In this document: piece by piece, positions 37,601 through 49,044 of the stretch | How positions within the stretch are numbered: position 1 is the first letter of the stretch | Layout: every line of letters begins with the position of its first letter | NCBI RefSeq assembly: GCF_964355755.1 | Contig: NC_092679.1 | Location: 2,882,201 to 2,946,200, forward strand | Direction of reading: 5' to 3' | Length of the DNA: 64,000 bases | From: Antedon mediterranea | Taxonomy: Eukaryota > Animalia > Echinodermata | Notes under the pieces: model-generated | What the model was told of the DNA's origin: nothing | The model's input: the letters and a program-made list of their open reading frames with translations, nothing else | Databases searched by the model: none | Translations under genes and position numbers: made by a program

Positions 37601-40600
37601 TCCAACTCTGAGAATAATTCGGTTGTTTAAATTTTTATTATTGTTATTTTATTTTATGAAACATATTTTTAACAAGAAGCCTATTCAATACAAGCTATGC
37701 TTTCATTTAGGCTCCTCCACTTTATTTAAATTATTAGTAAAGTGTAATAAAATGAAAGGTATATTGTAACTGTGTAATCATTTTAATGTTGAATGTTATT
37801 GCTGCTTTTATTTTATTTTTTTTTAAATCTATAAATTTATGAGGCATCCTGTTGGCTTTTTGCTGTTGCATGTGTATAAATAAATAAAATAAAAATTATG
37901 ATATTTTATTTTACAGTGCGGATCCCGATGACATTGTTATTGATGCTTCCCGCGGACTTGCCGGGATTCCTGAAAGTGTTTATTCCAAGGTGTTGATGGA
38001 TAATCCATTTGGATGGGATAAGACAGGTAAGTAATCCACACAAATCCATCTTAATCTCCAGATATTTGATCCTAATACTTTTAAGATTATAAACAAATAA
38101 ATGTTATGATGATGTTGTGTTAAGAACAAAGTGAAATGTTTGTTTTAATATTATTTCTCAAACATGTTTCGCAAGCGGATAAAATTCAATAAATATCGCT
38201 GGATGTAAGCGATTTAGCAGAGAATTTAACGAATAATTTGTAAATCCTGTTTCTGATTTTCCCTGTTTGTCGGCCTTCGTCGATTGCGTTGGTATGTTGT
38301 ACTAATGTGAGAACTAGTTTGGTAAGAATTACGAGATTGCACGATTAATAGTGTACTTTAGTTTTTGCATAGTTTTAATGACTGCTTCTAATGCAACAGA
38401 ACATTTGTATGTGTGTGGGAAAATGAAATCTATTTCCTGACCTGTGTCCAAAATGGGTGAGGCAACAACAGTTGACTCAAAGTCTATGGCGGTCAATCAA
38501 ATCACTGTTATTTTGCGTCGCACTGCAGCTAAAAGTTGCATAGCGCTAACCGGTTTAATGTGTTCCAACAACTATTTACTGTTTTAACTGTTTTTGTTTT
38601 TTTAAATTTATCCTGCTTCTGCCTCAAAAAAGATTGTGGGTAATTTATTCATACAGTATTAATCAGTTATTTGTTAGTCGCAGCAGAAACAAGGTCCTAC
38701 CACTAACTACTTAATATCATAAACAAGTATTTTAAGAGCTGATAAATGAATACATTAATTGTATGTTCTCATAGATACTGTAGGTGCTAGGCCAGACAGT
38801 TTCAAATATTGATTGATAAAGAGGCATTCGTTCAGCCTACTTGATAGCCACTCATGGTGGCTAGGTTAATGACTGGTAATTGGTGATGTTAGATCAACAA
38901 ATCACATGTCTAGCCACCTGTGACAATCATGAAACTTAACATTCTTTATTAGTACATCATGTGTCCTATGTATCAAATGTATAATCTTTATTTATTTGGG
39001 CTGTGTTCATACGCGTCCATAGGGACGAATTTAAACGGATTCAAATCATATAGTAAACTCTTCCAAAACCAGACCTTTCTTGTCCAAAAGGTCCCAAATG
39101 TATATTTTTCATGGGCCCAGTTCGTACGCACTAGTGTTAAGCGTCCATAGGGACGAATTTAAACTGATTCAAATCATATACAGTCGGATCTCCCAATACC
39201 GGACTCTCTGAAAACCATTAAACTCTCCAAAAAATAACAGACTTTTCTTGAGGTCTAAATGGCTGTGTTCACACCAATAGTGTTAAGCGTGCATAGGGAC
39301 AAAATTAAACTGATTCAAATCATATATAAGCTACAACTATAGACTTGTGTGATGTTAACTTCTCTTATTAAGGGTCATTCACACTCAATCCGGCATGGTT
39401 CCAATCTGGTGCCAGCAAATCAAATCATGCGGCTATGTGCATATTGATTTATGCATAGCTGCATGGAGCGTCATGAAAGCGAAATAATGAAGTTGCAATT
39501 TTTTTTCCGGACTGGAACCGTGCCGGAATGGGTGTGTTGTTAACTTCAAAGAAACACTTTGCTTCTCTGGCAAAACGTTACCATACACAGAAAAAGTTAA
39601 ACTGATAGAGAAAGAGTTTGAATGTACCTCGTTGATATATTCGACGTACAGTAACATTAGACCACACATGTTTCAACCCTGAGTTTGAATATACCGCTGA
39701 TATAACTTATTCAGAGTTATATCCAACTTAACACTATACAATATACACAGATTAAGTTAAACCAAAAGTATTTAACTCCGAATAAGCTTGGTTCCCACTA
39801 GCGACGGACATAACACAACGTAAGTGATTTGATCAATCATAAACGATGGATTATTCGAACAGTGGCTTATCATTTGTCAACACCCTTGCGTCGCACGTAT
39901 GTCCTTGTATTGCGTCTCTAGTGGGAACCACGCTTTAGAGAAAAATCATGCAAGCATAGCTTTAGCGGGTTGTTCTCTCTGTTACAATTTATCAAAATGC
40001 AAAAATAAGTTTACAGTACATTCAAAAATTTTAATATAACTACCAGCTTCTGTTATTAATCATACCCATATTGCACTGTGACATCTTATATCAATCATTA
40101 TTTTGTCAATAAAACTTGAATGATGTATTCCAGTCACATGACCTTTGACCCGACCTGTCACCACCTCTAAATCATAACTAATGAATCATTATGGGTCCAT
40201 ATTGAATGTTTTCGATTTTGTAAGTAATTTTGTATCAAATGTTTGAAAAATTGTAAAAAAGGAGAAAAAATGTACTTATTGTTAAAAGGTTTGAATGACA
40301 AATTATTTTTTTGTGAAATCAAAATAGGTATTCTGTATATCAATCCAGTTTTATTGTTTATATTTCGAGTGTCAATTGGTTGGCACTGGTAAAATATCAG
40401 TTATTTTCTCCAACATGTGCAAATGAAGTATGGCATAAATTTAGAAAGAATCCATTATTGTTTGATCAATATGATTTATATGAAAATTATATCTTCATAA
40501 TATCTTATTCTCTCCAATTCTACCTTTACCCTTCAATATATTAAAACAATATTTTTACTTAAATCCAATTGTTTAGTCCTTTCGGTCGAAACATAATCTA

Positions 40601-42951
40601 TCATAAGTATTTCGCCCTTGATCATAGCTCTGTCGAGAGCCCCTAACCGGCCTAGTAAAGCAGCCTAGCTTTTACCGCCTGCTTTTCTAGTGAGTTCAAC
40701 CACGTGCACTTGTTACTTTGAAATTCCGGAACTCCTTTCGGACTCTTTGTTCTGTGTATTAATGCTTTCTTTAAGTGTTTAAGATATTTTGTCTGTTAGC
40801 AGATTAACTATTTTGATTGAATTAACACTTAAGTTGTACAATTGAATGTGTTTTTGCGCATGATAAATAATGTGATAAATGTTTACATAAACTGTTGGTT
40901 GTAGTGGGAGATGATTAATTTTGTTCTATTAGTAGGGAGAACAAGGTGACCCCCCCTAGGGACAAACAACAAGGTCAAAGTTGGCGTTTAGTCTTCTTAA
41001 CAAACATGCTCTTAAAGTTAAAATTATCTTCACACTGTATTATTTATCGAGGGGCCTTGGATATAAAATTTGAGGAACTTAGGTGGTGAGATTATACTCG
41101 GGCTGTATTAACAAAGTCCTATGTCCATGTTTAACCTAAGTTAGAACTGCAATTATTGAATTATAAACTGTAATATGGTACTCAATCAACTTTCAATAAA
41201 TTATAGAGAAACTTTAGAAATTACATTATCAAATGAATGACTAAATTTCAATACTGGAATTAAGATTGGTTTAATATAAAAACATCTTAAATGATAATAA
41301 ATACATCTTAATAAATAAATACATATCTTTCAACTGATATAGTACATAACATTTTGATGTATAACCTATATTATTAACCATATTTCAATACTGTGACATA
41401 TTTGGGTGAGACACCAAATAAAAAGGTGCAATTACCCAGTGGTAAAATTAAAGATACATTGGGGAAATCCAAGAGTGCATTGTACTCCTCACAGACATAT
41501 TATACTTGCATCATTTAGACAGCAGTACAGTAATATTGGTTGTTGTTTTATCGTCCTAGATTGTCACAACTACCATAAATCCATAGCCGTTCTACAAACT
41601 TTATTTTTAGTAGATTCAGCGTGGTTTTATAGGTTGCCAAAATATACTTGTCATACTATTGTGATCCGTCTGAAAGTTAAAAAAATTTTAATTCATGATC
41701 AATTTGCGTAACCTACTTTGATCGGTGTTAACTGGTGGCGCCAGACATTCCGTTGAGATTTCCCCTTCCCTTGAGTTGAGGGTGAAATTTTAACATCTGT
41801 ATGATTTCACTTTACCATACCAGCTGTGTTATTTTAACACAATAAATAGGTCCTCCATTCTTCTGTCAGCTTTATGGAGAATCTGTTTGTTCCCAGATAT
41901 GTATGATTCTGAATTTCAAAATGTACTTTCAAAGTTAAATAGATGATCCCTCCGAACAAACACTATGTCTGTGTTTATAAATTGTAAGCACCCGGAACAT
42001 ACTGGTGGCGCCAGAGAACCGAAACATCCTTAAATTGAGTCAGTCAGACCAAACTTAAAAGCTTGGCTAAACGTGTCCTCATACAATTATATTTATTAAT
42101 TTATCAAATGTTCTGTATATTTTTTTTTATATTCTATTGTGTGAAACCATAAACTTAAACTTAAACTTGAAGTAAAAGGCTACAAATGAGACATTTAATT
42201 AACAGCAAACTACAGTACCAAAAGGTATCAGTGGGAAGCCCTCCAATAGAGAGGCATTGTTTTAAGCTGTCTAGTGATAACCCAGCCATCTAAACACTTC
42301 AGTAATTAGTTATGAAACAGAAAAATAAGTTAACAGTTTATAAATTAATATGCCAAGTTAAGTTTAGACCCCAACATGGGGTTGACGGTGTACCAATTTG
42401 GTACTAGCTGCAGGGCTTGATTTGTCACCTACAGACATGCACACACTCCGATACCAATGATAAATAAAAGAAAGCAACATGGGGTGTATAGACAGTCACA
42501 CTCCTTCATGGGGTCCACCAACCACAAGTAAAAGCCAAATAACTTGCAGCATTGAGCTTATCAGGTAATTATCTCACTGACGGTCCAGGTGTGGTATAGA
42601 ACAGATTTTACAAGAACTAGTTTCTGAATGTTTTACGGCAATTTAAAGAGTTATTTGATCTCGGTTAATGATTAGAATTTCAACGAATTTAGCAAAACAG
42701 CTGACGGCTTATGTTTTAATGTTACAGACGTTTCCTGTTCTCATATTCACCATTTTAAATATAAATATTTTATTAATTTTATTATAAAGAAATTAGCTCT
42801 TTCAATACAATTTATTATTTATTTATTATTTTTAATTTCAGATTCAACAAGTGATAGCACAGGTGCGGAGGAAACGGCTGAAAAACAAGAAGAAAAATCC
42901 GAAGAAACTACATCAGCTAGGTTACATGTTGTACACTTTGGAATGGTATGA
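21391..42951 (+). CDS. WDPCP: WD repeat-containing planar cell polarity effector protein fritz homolog, 739 aa, 25 coding exons
   Basis: Exons: 21391-21451, 21826-21870, 22231-22272, 22478-22548, 22926-22985, 23436-23556, 23977-24113, 24343-24420, 24718-24818, 24995-25057, 25433-25532, 25653-25689, 26019-26089, 26215-26265, 26403-26474, 26987-27078, 27510-27608, 28026-28246, 29525-29648, 31603-31666, 35378-35480, 35608-35683, 37178-37288, 37917-38026, 42842-42951 (2220 nt, in phase). Motifs: WTPKNRRPEKLR, DKLVLGCED, VFDMALNP, LGSFYAP...EYRDQISRLARRFFHQLLRYKRFDKAFLLAVD, and C-terminal VHFGMV*. Exons 22-24 rest on splice signals and phase only. Confidence 0.93.
22670..22831. mobile_element. MITE family A copy (others at about 23110-23248, 24175-24315, 27155-27298)
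   Basis: Family TIRs and ATCACTACCATATTTGGG internal units. Confidence 0.85.
23739..23885 (+). mobile_element. tRNA-derived SINE
   Basis: A-box-like TAGCTTGGTGG and B-box GGTTCAATCC with tRNA-like spacing, followed by a non-tRNA body. No clean cloverleaf. Confidence 0.6.
26593..26724. mobile_element. MITE family B (Harbinger-like, CCAAT-containing)
   Basis: TIR AGCTTGGTTCCCACTAG / CTAGTGGGAACCACGCT with TWA flanks. Related copies lie at about 24490, 35080, 39785-39934, 44955-45092, 46171-46328, 48678-48808, 49631-49764 and 54505-54655. Confidence 0.8.
28271..28596. mobile_element. MITE family A copy with an 11x 21-bp internal minisatellite
   Basis: Degenerate TIRs enclose (CATATCACTACCATATTTGRG)11. 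Confidence 0.88.
29800..29953. mobile_element. MITE family A copy (others at about 31799-31959, 32396-32554, 33624-33760, 37036-37113)
   Basis: Family TIRs and internal units. Confidence 0.82.
30440..30510 (+). mobile_element. L2/CR1-type retroposon 3' tail (second copy at about 31448-31505)
   Basis: Stem-loop AGCGCCAT...ATGGCGCT, then ATATAAAT and a (GATT)n tail. Confidence 0.6.
32705..33023. repeat. 103-bp tandem repeat, about 3 copies
   Basis: TGGACAT...TTGTCAACACCCCCTCTG recurs at 32721, 32824 and 32927. Confidence 0.9.
34257..34697. mobile_element. MITE family A copy interrupted by an antisense retroposon 3' end (about 34328-34620)
   Basis: The MITE left and right halves are separated by an insert that begins (TTCTTA)n TTTTATT, an antisense tail plus AATAAA. 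The insert contains a direct duplication of about 92 bp. Confidence 0.7.
38999..39330. repeat. Degenerate tandem triplication (about 130-145 bp)
   Basis: GCGTCCATAGGGACGAATTTAAAC.GATTCAAATCATAT recurs at about 39013, 39141 and 39287. Confidence 0.8.
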
Positions 42952-43719
42952 GGAGGAGAGAAATAGTCTTTATTTTAGACATGTTCAATGGTATGAAATG
43001 CTAAAGAGAGCAGAGGATTTTGGATATGTTGAATGATATGAAACGCTGAGGAGGAAACGTGTTTAGCCTTATTAAAATTGGTTCAAGAAATGGTTAGTAC
43101 TGTATGTAGGTTGGGATAGCATACTTGCATTGCCATGAGACTGAACTGGTGCAAAATGTGAATGATGAAAAGAAGGAACCCGTCTGTAAAAATCCTGGCT
43201 ACAGACTTGTAGCTAGTTCTCATCTCATTATATCTACCATATAATGACCATCTAACATCACCACCATAAATCATTGTCATCATCATCTCATCAACATAAT
43301 CATTATCATTTTTCTTCATCACCGTAATAATCAAAATCACCTGTAATTTAAAATACAAAAATAACAAACAATTTGTATTTCTGTTTTTTATTCGATTCTA
43401 TTACAGACATACTGCAGTTGTAAAAAATAAAATAATTATGATTATGCAGGCCCAGTGTGGACATCACACTATCCTGTCATAATAAGTACTATTATTTGTA
43501 TATAAACTGTGTTCACACTGTTGTAAATAATTCTGTATTTATTGTAATAGGCCTATACTTTGTAATAAAGTCTCTCCTATTCTATTTAACTGATTTTAAA
43601 TGTAACTGATGTATGTGATAAACTTCGGGAACCACATAACTATCATCATATCGTTGTCGTGAGGTTTCACTAATGTTTCCTCAATCTAGGAGGAAAAATG
43701 ATGTGTATCGTGGGCACCA

Positions 43720-44135
43720 TCTAGTAGATTACTGTATCTAGCGTAGCCGTGAGATTCAACTCATGCGGCAAGTGTGTGATACCATGGGACCATCTCCCAC
43801 CCTGTTTTATCATGAGGATCTTTTCTAAGGGTTGGTGTATCATCTTGGCGTTACTGTGAGATGAACTGATGCGGAAAATGTGAGATGAACTGATGCCATC
43901 AGAAGAGATGCTGTATCATGTTGGTTTTGCCGTGAGATGAACTGATGCGGAAAGTGTGAGATACGAGAGCCATCAGGTGAGATGCAGTATCATCTTGGCG
44001 TTGCCGTGAGATTAAACTGATGCGGCATGTGTGTGATACTATGGCGACCATCTAGGAGAGATGCAGTATCATCTTGGTGTTGCAGTGAGATTAAACTGAT
44101 GCGGCATGTGTGTGATACCATTGCGACCATCTAGG
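43720..44135 (-). repeat. Decaying tandem array (about 79 bp) derived from the P450 C-terminal codons and stop
   Basis: TCATCTTGG.GTTGC.GTGAGATTAAACTGATGCGGCATGTGTGTGATAC...GACCATCTAGG occurs at 44069 (coding) and 43990, with more divergent copies at about 43916, 43840 and 43735. Confidence 0.85.
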
Positions 44136-44496
44136 CTGGGATTGGTTCCAACAGACTCTATTGTAAACTTCTGCAATATCGATGTGAAAAATAAGAAAAT
44201 TTCCATTTTCGCTAGATGCTCCCCTAAACAATTTCTGCGACCTAAAATCAAAAATCAAAATCGTTGTTTACTGTTGAAATTTATTTAGATTTGAATACAA
44301 GCTTCTGCGTACAGAAATAAATAGTAATCATAATGTTGTTTAAATGTCTCAACAGAGACAGTCACGTGACTCACGTCGCGTACATAACTCGATGTACCTG
44401 TGATCATCTCGATTTTACAAAACTTTTGAGTCGTATAGTATTAAAATTTCGCGAAAAGGTATAGATTTTATCTTATTAAGGCCTAATTATTTCGTG

Positions 44497-44536
<40 letters not shown>

Positions 44537-47500
44537 ATCTTAGTTTCGAAGTCGTTAAATTTCTAGAAAGTGCGCGACTATCCTCTTCTACCAATGTCTG
44601 CTGTATTTGTCGGTCACGTGTTTGTACACTTCTCAAATTAGTTACTTATTTTGTTATTGTTTATTAGACGTGACCAAATTGTATTAACAATTTAATTTCT
44701 GTTTTCTTCAAAATGTGCGAAAGATGTTGTACCTTGGGCCATGAACTAACAGGTGTCGAGAGAAGATGTTTTGTAGAAAACGAACATGTTAAATGGGACT
44801 ACAGTATTATGTAAGCGGAGTGCGTCTTCTAGGGGTTGTAAGTTCAGGGAGCAGACGGTATAATTTGTGCGGTAAACCTAACAATCTGGAGTTTCGCTTT
44901 ATACGTAAACCTACAGATCTTCAAAAACAACTGTATCATCTGTCGATGTGTATATGTAACGCAATGACGTAAGTGCAATACAGGCGAGTGACCAATGACA
45001 AAGAGAGGTTCGAATAATCCGTCACTTGTGATTGGTCAAAATACTTGCGTTGCGTTTACGTCATTGCGTTGCGTACCAATGGGAACTAAGCTTTAGGCTT
45101 ACATACTTACCGGCTGAATATGGCATAAATGCTTCTGACGTCACTGTACTATTATCGTTGGGATCCAAAAACCGTTCTGGTCTGAACGTGTGTGGTTCGG
45201 ACCACTCGTCTTCGTCCATGTGAACAGAGTACAAATTTCCAAAGATTGTTGTTCCTTTCGGAAGGTTATATCCACACAAATCAATATCCTCGACCGTTTC
45301 ATGCGGTATGACCATCGGGATGACATTGCACATGCGCAGAATCTCTTTAATGACTGCCTGCGTGTATGGCAGCTCTTTCCTGTCACTCATGGTAACGTTC
45401 TTTTCTCTGCCAACAACTTTATCCAGTTCATCCTGAACCTTCTTCTGGACGTCTGGGAAAACCAGCATGTATACTAAACTCCACATGATTGCCGCGATGA
45501 CGGTTTCTGTGCCACCAAAGAACAGATCAATAACAATGTACTTAAGGTCGTCGATGTTGTAAGATGTCTTATGAACGTCTTCTTCGATTGCTCCATTCTT
45601 TTTTGGTTGTTGATATTTTTCGTTTGCCGTGATAAATAAATCTATAAAATCTCTTGGTTCGTCTGCATTGTAAGTCGCCTGATGCGATTCGATACGCTCT
45701 TCTACAAACCGCATGATAAACGTGTAGGTTTCTTCTACTGCAGTATTCGCCTTCATTGGCAAATACCAGAGAAACGGCAAAAAGTTCGTCGCACTTTTAC
45801 TGTCTATATTTTGAAAGAAAATCCCAACGTAGTGTATTAACTTCTGAAACTGCTGGTCGTCGTATTCGAATCGTTCTCCAAAGCATATTGAACAGATGAC
45901 GTTACTGACCATTCGTTGGACATTGTGACGGAGGTCAACTGATTGGCTGTCCGTCTTGTGCAGATCTTGAATGAAGTACGACACCTCTTGCGTTACTTTG
46001 GCTTCCATCTTTGAATGGCGGTCTCCGAATGTGCGCAGAATGTTAGAGGAGAATTTACGGATTTCCCGCCAATGAGTTGTCGGCTGATGATTTGCAATAC
46101 CTATAAAAGTGAAATGAAAGAGAAATTTTTATATACAGTAGTTGCCCCTGTTTTGATTATTGTACTGTTAAACTTGGTTCTCAGTAGGACGCAACGCAAG
46201 GAAGTAACGCAACGAAAAGTGATTTTACCAATCTCAAGGGATGGATTATTCGAACAGTCGCGTGTGATTGGTCAACTCACTTGCGTTGCGCCTACGTCCT
46301 TGCGTTACGTCCTTGTGGGAACCAAGCCTTAGAACCCCTTCGAGACCCAACAAAGCGTCCCATTAATGGCGGTTGACTGAAAAGTGCCCCTTAATAGATG
46401 TGTCATCTGAATAGGGACTTATTGCGGTGATCATGAACAATTGAATTGTTAGTAGTATGCATATTAGATTTTTAATCACATTATTATCATGACATGAACA
46501 AATTTGAGGCGCGTACAAAAATGGATAGTACAACCGTTTTTATACGCGCGAAAAATTATGCGCGTACAAAAACAATAAATTATTGTAGTCGTTAATTAAA
46601 CATTTTTAGAAAAAAAATCATTAAAGCAAGTAGGGCCTACTGTTCTGTTCATTTATCACAAACGTTTGCCAAATTTTAATAGTCCCTGAGAATACTATTG
46701 GGTGATTGATAACCACCCCTCTACAAACAACTAATTAATCTTGGTCTTGAGACAAGGTTAATGTGCACGGCGGCCGTCTACATCAAGGTCATCAACGGTG
46801 CGCCAAACTAACATAGTCAAGGTGAACATAAATACGCGATGACGTCAATCAATAAACAGACGATATAGGATGAGTGATAAAATGTAGTTTAGACTATTTT
46901 ATGTTGCTCATTTTTCCATCGTCATGTTTGCTTATCTCGACAGCATGCATGATAAATTTCATTCGGTAACCTTGATAAACGGTACAAAATGTTTAACAAT
47001 TCTTTTTTTAATGTAAATAATCAGAGAGGAGAATAATGCGGACTGAGAGGGCGATCTGTCATCTACAGGCGCAGACTAATCGGTTTAGGGTTATTGTAAA
47101 AAAATGAATTCCCGCCTTTTCTTCTTCCTTTGGTCTATAGTTTTTGGTGCAACGGTTGGACGTGGTTCTATGCGTTTTGTTAATCGAGTGTTGTTTTTTT
47201 AAGAATCTGCCCATAGTACACGTCTATATGCCTTGTATAGTGTCCCTTTCACGTGACAGCAGTATAAACACACTCGAATACATCCCTAGTAATTTTCTGA
47301 ATCAATTCGCCAAAACCTAACGCGCCAATATAGAATTGACACCGAGAAAAATCCGTACTAATAGGAATCTTGGCCCCCGCAGAGGTCTGGTTACAATGTA
47401 AACTAAATATGTTATTTTTATATAATTTATGATGATAAAAGTACTCACCTCGACCGCCGTTCAGTTTACTTAGCATCCAGTGTGGACGTCCTGCAAACTG

Positions 47501-47788
47501 GCGCCCCTTCTTCACAAACGCTTCCCGGATAACCGTACATCCATTCAGTACGACCACAATTCGCGAACCCATCTTCACGCTGTAGATAGGACCATATTGC
47601 TTGACCAGCTTTGTAAACGTCTTGTACGGTTTGAGACCAAGAAATGGGAGGTAGCCGACCACTGGTAAACCAGTCGGTCCTGGTGGCAACCCTGTATGCA
47701 GTCGTGAGCTGACGTAGTGCCATGTGAAGAGGAGTAACACGACTGGGAGGAAGAGAGTCAAAGTGAGATTGCTAAGATGTATATCCAT
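44069..47788 (-). CDS. Cytochrome P450, CYP2 clan (CYP2U/2J-like), 500 aa, 3 exons
   Basis: Exons 47788-47449, 46100-45111 and 44241-44069 total 1503 nt with phase-1 introns. It has an N-terminal membrane anchor, PPGPTGLPVVG, WREIR, I-helix DLFFGGTET, EILR, PERF and heme motif PYSAGRRNCLG. Confidence 0.95.
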
Positions 47789-48882
47789 AATTGGCGTATT
47801 TATAAATAATAAAGCAACAGTTTGTGTTATATAAGTCAGTACTGGTCTTAATTGATGTCGCTCGCGATTTTTGATAAAGCTCTGAGCTGGTTTGATGGGA
47901 GTGCTTGTCTGATTTCAGTCGCTCGAATTTAGATAGAGGTCTGGTCCGAGTATATGGTCCTACTCCAACGACTTTGCCGATTGCTATTAGCGTGGTAATT
48001 AGTTTGTTCAGTGCAATGTACTTCTAGAGAGCGACCGATCTTATGTCTCTCCAACTGGGTTGATGGCGGTAACAACGTCACGGCTGATATCCAATATACG
48101 AGAAAAGTCACGACACACACTGTCAAAATTTTAAACAATGTAAACCGCGTATTTTTTGTCGATAGTATAACCCGTAAGGTTAGCACGTCGTCGTTTCCTA
48201 TTGAGGTCCTCACTGTGACGATTTCGTGAAGAGGTCATGTATACGCAGCGCTAGGGTCGCCTCACGACCCGTAGGATAGGTGTGAAGGCTTGCCGCTGAT
48301 ATGGCATAGTTTGGCCTCAACAGATGTGTTTGCATCACGATCCATATGTGTCATAGAACATTGCATAATGATTATATAATATTAAGCGGGTGTGGATTGG
48401 CAGTTGGCTTAGTAACATCCAACCAATGCGTGTCGTCCGAAGTTAAGCCTTGTCGCTGATTGGTGCATTAATGCACCGCCCATTTCTGAATTCTAAAGTT
48501 AAAGGTTTTTAATTGTTTTTTATCACACTTCGAAAAGCGGAAGCGTAGGGTACCACGGAAAATGTATTGCTATTTTAGTCCACGGTATTAGAGGTATTTC
48601 AGCAGTATAATCGTAACATCATTAAAATAACTGTTCGTATAAGAAGGGTCGACGTTCGTACGTGTCCTCAATTATAAAGCTTGGTTCCCACTAGAAAGCA
48701 ACGCAATGACGTAAGCCGCAACGCAAGCGAAATGTCCAATCCTAGCGATGAATTATTCGCTTCCGTTGCGGCTTGGTTCTTGCGTTGCGTTCTAGTGGGA
48801 ACCAAGTTTAATTGTGTATAAGTTTCTAGCAGCATCCCTAAAATTAAATACACTATAAGCAGACTGATTACAGAGTAACTAA

Positions 48883-49044
48883 AGCTTTGTCTACACTATC
48901 AAACTTTATGGGACAACAAAATGTGATGATGTGCCCATACATAGATATGATGATTTCATATCACTACCATATTTGGGAATTATTATCAGTATCATATTTG
49001 GGCACATTTTTTCGTCAAACTAGTTTGATAGTGTAGATAGAGCT
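48883..49044. mobile_element. MITE family A copy (last in the window)
   Basis: Family TIRs and internal units. Confidence 0.82.

Noticed and set aside
45141-47723. Overlapping or antisense ORFs within P450 exons
   Set aside because: They are shadow frames of GC-richer coding sequence.
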